In this document: positions 53,770 to 61,767 of the stretch, piece after piece
Position numbering within the stretch: the stretch's first letter is position 1
How the letters are laid out: each line of letters starts with the position of its first letter
NCBI GenBank assembly: GCA_045807225.1
Contig: JBJMHU010000061.1
Location: 2,185-66,184, forward strand
Direction: 5' to 3'
Length of the DNA stretch: 64,000 nucleotides
DNA from: Ornithinibacter sp.
GTDB lineage: Bacteria; Actinomycetota; Actinomycetes; Actinomycetales; Dermatophilaceae
The notes under the pieces: model-generated
The model's database searches: none
What the model saw: only the letters and a program-made list of their open reading frames with translations
Told to the model about the DNA's origin: nothing
Position numbers and translations under genes: made by a program

Positions 53770-55610
53770 CACTCCTGCTCCCTGATGGCGCGCTCCACGA
53801 TCGTGGTCATCTTCTCGACGCGGGTGCCAGGGCCGTGGACGAACGGCTCCTCACACATCAGGTGCGCCATGTCGCCGGCGCAGGCCGGTGAGGCGAAGCT
53901 GCTGCCGCTCCAGATGCCGAACCCGCTGGAGTAGTCGTCCGGGTCGGGGGTGCCCCGCTCGGGGCTGCCGTTCTCCTTGGGCACGTTGACACCACCACGC
54001 AGCGAGCCTTCGAAGGTCACCGGCATGGTGCTCACCGTGGCCACGCCGCACCGGTAGGCGCGCACCCACGCACCGGTGTTGGAGAAGGCCGCCACTGTGC
54101 CGTCGTTGGGGTTGCGGGCCCCCACGCTGAGCACCGGCACCCGGTCGTTATCGATGTCCACCGCGTGGTCGGCGGCCAGTGCGGCAGGCCAGAACGGCAG
54201 CGTGGTGGCGCCGTTCCCAGCCGCAGCGACAACGCACACACCGTCCGACTGGAGCCTGCGGATGGCCTTGAACAGGCCGGCCTCGTTCACCACCGCGCTC
54301 GGGGTCTCGTGGTAGTAGCCGAAGGAGAGGCTGATCGCGTCGAGCGGGCCGTGCTTCGCCTTGTGGTGCAGGCCATCCCAGTGCCACATCAGCAGACGCT
54401 GGAGGGCGTCGATGATGTCGGCCTCGTCGGCTGCACCGTCGCCGTACATGACCGGGACGATGACCAGCATGGCGTTGGCGCAGTGCTGCCGGACCAGGCC
54501 GGCGATGAAGGTGCCGTGGCCGGCCATGGGGTCGAGGAACCGGTTGACCAGGTCGAGGGTCACGCCGTCGACCTCGGGAGCCTCGCCGGGCTCGAAGACG
54601 ACACCGATTCCCTTGCCTCCCACCCTCGGGTGGCGGTTGACGCGGGACCCCGGGCGGTCGAACCACGGGTGCTGACCCAGGCCGGTGTCGAGGATCGCGA
54701 TGTTCGGCGCCGGGCCGTCGACGGGGGCAGGTGCATCGAGGTGCAGGGCCACCGGGATGCGGCCGTCTGCAGATCCGGGGACGCCGACGCCCGAGCCGTA
54801 GCCGACGCCCGACCCGTAGCCCACGCCGCTGCCGTAGCCCACGCCCGAGCCGTACCCGACGCCCGAGCCGTACCCGACTCCGGACCCGTAGCCCACACCG
54901 CTGCCGTAGCCGACGCCGGACCCGTAGCCCACCCCGGACCCGTACCCGGTCGCCATCAGGATGTGGTCGAGTCCCCAGTGCAGCGCGTTGCCGCCCTCGA
55001 TGATCCCGACGTCTCTCTCGAGGTCAGCGAACTCCTGGTCGTTCAGGCCGTCGCGAAAGCTGTCGGGGTCCGCCCGGAAGGCCGCGGCTCGCTGCACCTC
55101 GCTTCGCGCGTACTGGAGAACCTGCCACGCATCGAGGGGGGGCGCGAGCCGTCCCTCGTGCGGCATCAGCTCGACAACGGCCTGCGCGACCTCGTCGAGC
55201 TGTTGCTCGTAGCCGAGCCGACTGGCCAGGGCGAGCAGCGTCTCCGGGGCGCGGTCCGCGGAGTCGCCGGAGTCGTCCGGGTCCTCGTCGTCACCGAGGT
55301 CGCTCGCGCGGGCCGGGTCGACGAGCTGGGGGCTGAACGCGAACTGCGGCAGCGCACCGATCCGCCTCAGCTCCGCGAGGGGGCCCTGGTTCAGGGAGCC
55401 ACCCGCGAGCCCCGGGATGAAGAGGCGGTCGGGGCGGTAGACCGTCGGGTGCGGCGGTTCCTCCTCACCGAGCACGTCGGCGGCATCCGGCGAGAGCACC
55501 GTCGCCCGGAAGCGGCGGAAGGCCGAGGCCGGCACGCCGAAGATCGGGAAGTTGTGGGCCGGCTGGCGTCGCTCATCGCCCGACTGGTTCTCAGGGGTCT
55601 TCTCGGTCAT
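53769..55610 (-). CDS. S8 (subtilisin-like) serine protease with a (GYGSGV)9 insert, copy 1
   Basis: ILDTG (Asp), GHGTFIAG (His), AAAGN (oxyanion Asn), WSGSSFASP (Ser); no signal peptide; AGGAG RBS. Confidence 0.9.
   Translation of the reverse strand: MTEKTPENQSGDERRQPAHNFPIFGVPASAFRRFRATVLSPDAADVLGEEEPPHPTVYRPDRLFIPGLAGGSLNQGPLAELRRIGALPQFAFSPQLVDPARASDLGDDEDPDDSGDSADRAPETLLALASRLGYEQQLDEVAQAVVELMPHEGRLAPPLDAWQVLQYARSEVQRAAAFRADPDSFRDGLNDQEFADLERDVGIIEGGNALHWGLDHILMATGYGSGVGYGSGVGYGSGVGYGSGVGYGSGVGYGSGVGYGSGVGYGSGVGYGSGVGVPGSADGRIPVALHLDAPAPVDGPAPNIAILDTGLGQHPWFDRPGSRVNRHPRVGGKGIGVVFEPGEAPEVDGVTLDLVNRFLDPMAGHGTFIAGLVRQHCANAMLVIVPVMYGDGAADEADIIDALQRLLMWHWDGLHHKAKHGPLDAISLSFGYYHETPSAVVNEAGLFKAIRRLQSDGVCVVAAAGNGATTLPFWPAALAADHAVDIDNDRVPVLSVGARNPNDGTVAAFSNTGAWVRAYRCGVATVSTMPVTFEGSLRGGVNVPKENGSPERGTPDPDDYSSGFGIWSGSSFASPACAGDMAHLMCEEPFVHGPGTRVEKMTTIVERAIREQE
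54786..54947 (-). repeat. Nine 18-bp in-frame units encoding GYGSGV
   Basis: Tyr codons fall every 18 bp from 54798 to 54942; units differ only synonymously. Confidence 0.95.
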
Positions 55611-55685
55611 GTGCTGCTCCTGTGCCGCCGAGCCAAGGGTGGGGCCCCCGCCGGCTCAGCGTAGTGATGATCATCGACGCTGAAC

Positions 55686-55712
55686 AGGAGCGCGCCCCGT
55701 ACGCCGTGATAC
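55686..55712 (-). promoter_or_regulatory. GTATCA-N15-GCTCCT putative ECF promoter facing S8 operon 1
   Basis: One of four exact instances of the motif with identical spacing. Confidence 0.75.
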
Positions 55713-55817
55713 CTCCGACCTGCACCTTCTTTGCGTGCGCCCGCGAGGGCCGCGGGCTGGGCGGGACCTGCCACGACCGGTCGGGACCGCACCCCCAGAA
55801 GAAGTCTCGGATGCCGT

Positions 55818-55844
55818 GTATCAGCGGGGCGTGGCCCCGCTCCT
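55818..55844 (+). promoter_or_regulatory. GTATCA-N15-GCTCCT putative ECF promoter facing ncRNA candidate 1
   Basis: Divergent twin of the 55686-55712 motif. Confidence 0.72.
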
Positions 55845-55851
55845 TCTTCCC

Positions 55852-55984
55852 GTCGGACCCCCAGCGGGCCGCGAACGTCGACCGGCTCGTTTCAGGGGCC
55901 TGCCGGTCGGCCGCGGAACCTCAGGGGCGACCGGCCACGCCGAGAGCAGCACCGCAGGGGATGCCGCACTCGGCGTGGCCGTCG
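55852..55984 (+). ncRNA. Candidate structured small RNA with CAGGGG motifs, copy 1
   Basis: 54 nt identical to copy 2; stems CCGCG/CGCGG, CGACCGGC/GCCGGTCG and CGGCCACGCCGAG/CTCGGCGTGGCCG; no convincing CDS; ends are approximate. Confidence 0.6.
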
Positions 55985-56031
55985 TGCCGGTGACGGACGC
56001 CTACGGTGCATCTTCGCCGAGCGCGCACTGC

Positions 56032-58590
56032 TCAGTTGAGCGGTGGCGCGCTCCCGGAGGCAGCCGGTGTCGGCGTCCAGTCGGCGCCGTAGGCGCAGAA
56101 CAGCCGTCCATCCTCCACTCCGGCGCTGGCGACCTCGAGCGCCTCGGCGGCGTCGAGGCCCTGCGAGAGCACCCGGTGGTAGGCCGACATCACGGTGTGC
56201 GCATCCTCGTCGCCGACGGGGCCGACGGCTGCGACGACCGAGCGCACGCCCGTGGCCAGCAGGCTCGCAGTGAGTCCGAGCGCCTCGTCCCCGGCCCGCA
56301 CGTGGGTGCGCCCGACCTCGCACGACGACAGCACGACGTGCTCGGCCCGGATGCCGGTGCGCTGGAACTCGTGCGCGAAGACGGGGCCGTCACCCATGAC
56401 GACCGAGGAGAAGAGCGGGCTCTCGTCCTGGTGGATGCCGTGCGCCGCCACGTGCACGATCGTGCAGTGGGACAGCGACTCACGTAGCCGGCTGCCGTTC
56501 GCGACCGTGCCCACCGGCGCCGACGGGTGCACGCCCCAGGCCCGCTCGACGTCACGCACCTCGATGAGCGCTCGGCCGAGGCCCGGGCCGGCCAGCGCGA
56601 CGACTCGCTCGCCGTCGTGGCGCGCCGCTGGGGAGGAGTGACGGGCCCAGAACGTCGCTGATGGTGCGACCGTGACGATGCGGCCGCGGATGCCCGGGAC
56701 CAGGCGCCACGGCATCGACGCCAGCGAGGCCGAGGGGATGATCACCAGCCGGTGTGCTCGAGGGAGGACCGGGGCCAGTGCCTCAGCCAGGGATGCCGCG
56801 GTGCGGGCCGTGGAGCGCTCGATGACCTCCTCCAGCGCCGTGCCCTTGGCGAACCGTCGCGTGGCGAGGTCGGCCCGGAGCCGGGCGGCGGCTTCCACGA
56901 CCTGGGCGCCGGCGGGCACCTTGGTGAGCTTCGCCTCCTTGGGGGTGACCGTGACGGCGTACAACACGTCGCGATGGATGAACAGGCTGACGAGTCCCGA
57001 CCGTGCTGCCTCCAGCAAGGGGCGTAGCTTCGCGACCGTGACCGGGCGCTCCTCGGTCTCCAGCTCGCGGCTTCCCGTCTGCTCCCACTCGCGACGCGCC
57101 ACGGCGCGCTCGGCCTCCCGAGCGGCTGCCGCCAGAGTGGTACGACGGGCCGGTTCCGGCGCGTCGAACGCTTCGGCGTGTAGGCGCCGCGCATCGGCGG
57201 TCAGCCGCGCGAGCTCGACGTCGTGGGATGCCTCCATCCGCGGAAGGCGCTGTGACACACCACGCCACAGCTCGGTGGCATCGAACACCTGGCCGGCTGA
57301 GCCGGTGGCGATCGCGAGGTCGAGGTGGGCATCTCGCAGGCGCCCGGTGTGCAGGGCAGCGGCGGTCCGCGAGTCGACCGAGGTGTGCCGTGCCTGCTCG
57401 ACCGCGAGGCGGTGCGCACCTCGCCGAAGCTCTCGCCGCACGAGGTCCGGTCGCCCCTCGGCGGCGTGCAGCTCGGCGAGCGCCAGGGTTCGCTGGACCC
57501 GCACCGGGAAGGAGGCGGCTCGGCGAACTTCGGCTCGGCCCAGCAGGTGACGAGCCTCGTGCACCTTGCCGACGAGGGCGTTGGCCTCGGCGGCCAGCAC
57601 CGCCGCCTCGGCGCCGACCGCACTCGCGACAGCCGGCCCGTCGGCGAGGGCCGACAGCGTCGCGGCCGTCGCCACGGGGTTCCGGCCCATCAGCAGCTCG
57701 GCCTGGAGGCGAAGCAGCGAGGCGCGCACGGACCACGCCGCCTCCGACCCGCGGGCGAACCTGCGTTCGGCCCGGGCGGCATAGCGGCGGGCGTCTTCGT
57801 GCTCCCGCCGGAGCAGGGCGAGTCGTGCCCGCTCCAGGTCGGCCTCGGCGACGTCGTGGGCGATGCCGCCGGCCCGGGCAGCCTGCTCGCCCTCCTCCAG
57901 CGCCTCCATCGCCTGGTCGACGAGTCCGGCCTCGGACAGCACTCGGGCACGATCGAGGACAGCAGCGGGGGGCAACAGCTCATCCCCCAGGGCGCGGGCT
58001 CGTTCCATCAAGGTCAGCGCGCGGGGGAGGTTGCCCAGCAGCATTTGGAGTCGACCACGGTTGTGGACCGCGGCTGCCGCCAGGTCGGAGAAGCCGAAGG
58101 CGACGGCATCCTGCTCAGCGCGTCGCAGCCGCGTGTCGCTCTGCGCGTAACGTCCGAGGAACTGATGGCCCAGCCCCAGGTTCAGGTGAATGAGGCACCT
58201 GGCCCGCGGGCTGACCTCCCGTGCACCGAGGTCGAGGCCTTCCAGCAGGAGGCGGGCCTGCTCCCACTGGCCGAGGCGTGCGTGCAGGCCGGCCCGTTGG
58301 ATCACGGCGAGCACGCGCACGGGACTGGCATCGATGCCCGAGGTCAGGTCGTCCGCGCGGTCGAGGGTGGAGAACGCGGCCGCCCGGTCCCCGCGCTCGA
58401 ACTGGGAGAGTGCCAGGGTGACGGCGACCCGGGCCCTCAACGTGTCGGCAGCTCCACCAGGGCTCTCGGAGTCGAGGCGTCGCACGGCACGCCTCAGCAC
58501 GGTCTCCGCACGTGCAGGCTCACCCGCCGCATTGGCGAGGACCGCTTCCTCGACGAGCCGGGTGACGTGGTCGTGCAGGTCCGGACGAAT
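56032..58590 (-). CDS. TPR-CHAT protease, copy 2
   Basis: TPR-like NLGLGHQFLG and HNRGRL; IIPS...MPW, VHVAAHG (His) and LSSCEVG (Cys); first canonical start is GTG 58500, proposed start is ATT 58590. Confidence 0.85.
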   Translation of the reverse strand: MRPDLHDHVTRLVEEAVLANAAGEPARAETVLRRAVRRLDSESPGGAADTLRARVAVTLALSQFERGDRAAAFSTLDRADDLTSGIDASPVRVLAVIQRAGLHARLGQWEQARLLLEGLDLGAREVSPRARCLIHLNLGLGHQFLGRYAQSDTRLRRAEQDAVAFGFSDLAAAAVHNRGRLQMLLGNLPRALTLMERARALGDELLPPAAVLDRARVLSEAGLVDQAMEALEEGEQAARAGGIAHDVAEADLERARLALLRREHEDARRYAARAERRFARGSEAAWSVRASLLRLQAELLMGRNPVATAATLSALADGPAVASAVGAEAAVLAAEANALVGKVHEARHLLGRAEVRRAASFPVRVQRTLALAELHAAEGRPDLVRRELRRGAHRLAVEQARHTSVDSRTAAALHTGRLRDAHLDLAIATGSAGQVFDATELWRGVSQRLPRMEASHDVELARLTADARRLHAEAFDAPEPARRTTLAAAAREAERAVARREWEQTGSRELETEERPVTVAKLRPLLEAARSGLVSLFIHRDVLYAVTVTPKEAKLTKVPAGAQVVEAAARLRADLATRRFAKGTALEEVIERSTARTAASLAEALAPVLPRAHRLVIIPSASLASMPWRLVPGIRGRIVTVAPSATFWARHSSPAARHDGERVVALAGPGLGRALIEVRDVERAWGVHPSAPVGTVANGSRLRESLSHCTIVHVAAHGIHQDESPLFSSVVMGDGPVFAHEFQRTGIRAEHVVLSSCEVGRTHVRAGDEALGLTASLLATGVRSVVAAVGPVGDEDAHTVMSAYHRVLSQGLDAAEALEVASAGVEDGRLFCAYGADWTPTPAASGSAPPLN

Positions 58591-58598
58591 CCTTGCCC

Positions 58599-59087
58599 TC
58601 AGATCTCCACGGCGGGGGTGATGACAGGCCGCACGTCGCCCTCGGGCAGGAACACGAAGCGCACGAGCCCCCGGGGGGCCGGGTCGAGAGTGAACCGCCC
58701 GTCATCGTCCACCAGGGCACCGACGGTGCGAGCACCGGCCCGCAGCTCCACCCGCACGGGGGAGCCGTGGCCCGTCACCCACCCGTCGACGCGCACCTCC
58801 TCGGAGTCGATGGGTGAGATCGTGACCATCACCGACAAGGTCTCGGCACTGAACGTCAGCGTCTGCGTCTGCGTGTACTCCGAACGGGCCAAGGCGCTCT
58901 CGGCGCCGACTCGCTGCAGCTCGGCCACCTCCGCGTGCATGGCCTGAACGGTGAGGGCGAACTTGATGTCCTCGGTGAGCCCTTCGGGAACCGGGTCGGC
59001 GGTGCGGAAGACGTCCGCGACGGTGTCGAGGATGATGCGGTCGAGGTCGTCGAGCGGTTGCGCGGCGAAGTCGTGGTCGGTGCTCAC
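58599..59087 (-). CDS. Small soluble conserved protein; candidate anti-sigma or protease substrate, copy 2
   Basis: GTGA overlap with the sigma gene and GGAGG RBS; LDDLD...DPVPEGL...KFA...AEVA and DDDGRFTL...ITPAVEI. Confidence 0.75.
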   Translation of the reverse strand: MSTDHDFAAQPLDDLDRIILDTVADVFRTADPVPEGLTEDIKFALTVQAMHAEVAELQRVGAESALARSEYTQTQTLTFSAETLSVMVTISPIDSEEVRVDGWVTGHGSPVRVELRAGARTVGALVDDDGRFTLDPAPRGLVRFVFLPEGDVRPVITPAVEI

Positions 59088-59671
59088 AGCGCACCTCCTT
59101 CCCAGGTGGGGTCGTTGGCGAGTGCGGTGCGGAGCTTGGCCAGGCATCGCCCCCGGGTCGGGCCGATGCTTCCCATCGGCATCTTGAGCGACTCGGAGAC
59201 GGCGGCGTAGTCGGGGCGGTCGGCGAACGCGATGACGCGCAGCAGCGCCTGGCACTTCTCGGGCAGGTCCCGGAAGTGCCTCCAGAGCACGCGGTGTCCC
59301 TCCTGGCGCAGCACGAGGGTCGAGGGGTCCGGCATCGAGTCCGTCACGTTCTCGTCGATGTCGTGGTCCTCACGACCGTTCGCCTTGTGCACGCGCCAGG
59401 TCTCGCGTCGGACGGTGACGATGAGCCAGCCCATGACCGCCTGCGGGTCATGGATCTTCTCGGAGTTCTCGACCAGCCGTAGCCACGCGGTCTGCACGGC
59501 GTCCTGGGCCACTCCTTCGGAGACACCCTGGGCGCGAGCCGTGTGCCACAGCACGGGAGTGAGCAGGTCGACGAGCTGATCCATCGCCCCGACGTCTCCG
59601 TCGCGGTACGCACTGAAGGCCGCGGCAGCGCGCGTCGCAAGGGTGGCGGTGGTGTCGTCGGCCGACGTCAC
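59084..59671 (-). CDS. ECF sigma-70 factor, copy 2
   Basis: GTGA overlap with the S8 gene; AQDAVQTAWLRL, LPEKCQALL and MPMGSIGPTRGRCLAKLR motifs. Confidence 0.9.
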   Translation of the reverse strand: MTSADDTTATLATRAAAAFSAYRDGDVGAMDQLVDLLTPVLWHTARAQGVSEGVAQDAVQTAWLRLVENSEKIHDPQAVMGWLIVTVRRETWRVHKANGREDHDIDENVTDSMPDPSTLVLRQEGHRVLWRHFRDLPEKCQALLRVIAFADRPDYAAVSESLKMPMGSIGPTRGRCLAKLRTALANDPTWEGGAL

Positions 59672-61539
59672 TTCTCGGTCTCCTCGAAGCGGTCGGCGTT
59701 GGCCTTGGCCACCACCGCCGTCGACGCCCGGCGCGCGCGGGACGGCCCGGCCCCCGAGCTCTGCCTGCTGCCCTGCTTGACGATCTCAGCGGCGATCTCA
59801 CCGGCGATCCATGGTGACGCGAACGACGTACCGCTCCACACCGCGAATCCTGACCGGAAGTCGTCGAAGTCGATGCCTGCTCGCGTGCCCGGACCGAAGC
59901 CCTCGACCGTGATCGGCGGGTTCAGCGAGCCGGAGAGCGTCGTCGGCACGGTGCTCACGATGCCGGCACCGGGGGCATGCGCCGTGACCCAGTCACCGAC
60001 GTTGGAGAACAGCGCGATGCTGCGGTCGTCGGGGTTGGTGGCACCCACCCCCACCAGGCCATCGCGTCCCTGGGCGGCGAAGGCAGCGGGGAAGAACTTC
60101 GCGCGGGTGGAGTCGTTGCCGGCGCAGGCCACGACCACCACACCCTCGTCGGCGAAGTCCTGGAGCAGGTCGTGCAGAGCAGCGTCATCGGCCTCGTCGG
60201 GGGTCTCGTGGTAGAAGCCCAGCGAGAGGTTGACGACATCGAGCACGCCGTGCTTGATGACGTCCTCCTCGCGGTTCTCCGCGATGGCGGACTTCGCCGC
60301 GCGGTGCCGGTCGAGGAGGAGTCCCAGGGCCGCGACGATGTCGTGCTCGAGCGCTGCGCCGTCGGACGCCATGATGGGTACCTCGAGGATCACCGCCTCC
60401 GGACAGCGCTGGCGGATGATGCCGGAGATGAAGGTGCCGTGACCGCAGAGCTGGTCGACCAGGCCGTTGACGTCGTCGATGATCACGCCGGTGTTCTCGG
60501 GGTCGCGTGAGGGCTCCTTCCACACGCCGATCTCGCGGTTCTCGAACGTGACCTTCCGGTGGGCACCAGGGCACTTCCCGGTGCAGCTCTCCGCGGTGGC
60601 GCCTTCTGGCTCCGCCGGGAACCACGGGTGCTTCCCGAGGCCGGTGTCGAGCACCGCCACCACGGGCGGATGCTCGGGCACGGTGACGCCGCCTCTGGGG
60701 TCGGGTGCTGACCAGACGACGGGCGTGCGGCCGCCGACTCCTGGCGTGCCGTACTCCGCGACCGCGCCGCCGGCTCCGCCCCAGACGCCGCCGGCTCCGC
60801 CCCAGACGCCGCCGGCTCCGCCCCAGACGCCGCCGGCTCCGCCCCAGACGCCGCCGGCTCCGCCCCAGACGCCGCCACCGGCCGTCAGCACGTGCTCGAC
60901 GCTGACCCCGCTGGCCATGCTGGCTCCGCGCCGGTCTCGCCGGTCCCGCCGTGCCTTCTCGGCCTTGTCCGGCTCCGAGTCGGGCGCGGGCAGCCGGCCC
61001 AGCCCCAGCTTGTCGTAGAGGAGGCTGCCGCGCTCGGACGGTTCCATCAGCGCCCCCTGCACGAACCGCCACACGTCGGGCGCCTTGCCGGCCTTCTCGG
61101 GATCACGCACCAGCCGCATCCGGGTGACCGTGACCTTCGCGTCGCGGTTGAGCGAGGCACGTTCGCCCCGGTGGGGCACGAGCAGGGGTTCCCCGACCGG
61201 CTCGAGCACGAGAGGCTCGGGCTGACGTTTCGCGTACGCGATGAGCTCCTTGACCCTGCTGTCCCGGCCGCCGCTGTTCACGAACGGGTCGTCGATGTCG
61301 CGCACCACGAGGGTGTCGCCGACGTAGACGGTCGGCATCGGCAGCGGCTGGCCCGGGGCCAGGAACGCGGTCTCCGGGTCGAGCACCCGAGCCCCGAGCC
61401 GGCGGGCCAGTAACGGCGAGATGAGGGGCACAGGGGGGATGGAAGTGGGTTCCTCGACCTTCGGCGCCCTGGCAGTGGGCGGCTCTGCACTCGCCGGCTT
61501 CTCCTCGTGCGCGGGCTTCTCGGGGGACTTGCCAGCCAT
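59668..61539 (-). CDS. S8 serine protease with a (GGVWGGA)5 insert, copy 2
   Basis: VLDTG, GHGTFISG, ACAGN and WSGTSFASP motifs; no signal peptide; AGGAG RBS. Confidence 0.9.
   Translation of the reverse strand: MAGKSPEKPAHEEKPASAEPPTARAPKVEEPTSIPPVPLISPLLARRLGARVLDPETAFLAPGQPLPMPTVYVGDTLVVRDIDDPFVNSGGRDSRVKELIAYAKRQPEPLVLEPVGEPLLVPHRGERASLNRDAKVTVTRMRLVRDPEKAGKAPDVWRFVQGALMEPSERGSLLYDKLGLGRLPAPDSEPDKAEKARRDRRDRRGASMASGVSVEHVLTAGGGVWGGAGGVWGGAGGVWGGAGGVWGGAGGVWGGAGGAVAEYGTPGVGGRTPVVWSAPDPRGGVTVPEHPPVVAVLDTGLGKHPWFPAEPEGATAESCTGKCPGAHRKVTFENREIGVWKEPSRDPENTGVIIDDVNGLVDQLCGHGTFISGIIRQRCPEAVILEVPIMASDGAALEHDIVAALGLLLDRHRAAKSAIAENREEDVIKHGVLDVVNLSLGFYHETPDEADDAALHDLLQDFADEGVVVVACAGNDSTRAKFFPAAFAAQGRDGLVGVGATNPDDRSIALFSNVGDWVTAHAPGAGIVSTVPTTLSGSLNPPITVEGFGPGTRAGIDFDDFRSGFAVWSGTSFASPWIAGEIAAEIVKQGSRQSSGAGPSRARRASTAVVAKANADRFEETEK
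60766..60876 (-). repeat. Five exact 21-bp tandem units encoding GGVWGGA
   Basis: GCCGCCGGCTCCGCCCCAGAC x5 plus GCCGCC on the + strand. Confidence 0.95.
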
Positions 61540-61612
61540 CAAATCTCCTGGGGTGCACGACCGGTGCGAGAGGGGAACTCGCCCAGCGTAGTGACGAACA
61601 TCGACGCTGAAC

Positions 61613-61639
61613 AGGAGCGTGTCCGGACCCCTCTGATAC
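61613..61639 (-). promoter_or_regulatory. GTATCA-N15-GCTCCT putative ECF promoter facing S8 operon 2
   Basis: Same motif and spacing as copy 1, with a different spacer sequence. Confidence 0.75.
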
Positions 61640-61733
61640 CTCGGACCTGCACTTTTGTCCGCGCGCCCGCGGGGGGAGACGCTGGGAGCGGACCGGTCGG
61701 CACGGCATCCGGAAAAGAAACTTCGGAAGTCGT

Positions 61734-61760
61734 GTATCAGCGGGGCGGGACCCCGCTCCT
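61734..61760 (+). promoter_or_regulatory. GTATCA-N15-GCTCCT putative ECF promoter facing ncRNA candidate 2
   Basis: Divergent twin motif. Confidence 0.72.
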
Positions 61761-61767
61761 CTTCCCC

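Noticed and set aside
55622-55993. Small plus-strand ORFs over the conserved non-coding blocks (also 61507-61923 and 61655-62278)
   Set aside because: Indels between the two copies shift frames, starts and stops are not conserved, and conservation tracks base pairing rather than codons
60766-60876. 21-bp exact tandem repeat as a CRISPR or iteron array
   Set aside because: No spacers; the repeat is in frame within the S8 gene and mirrors a peptide repeat in the paralogue
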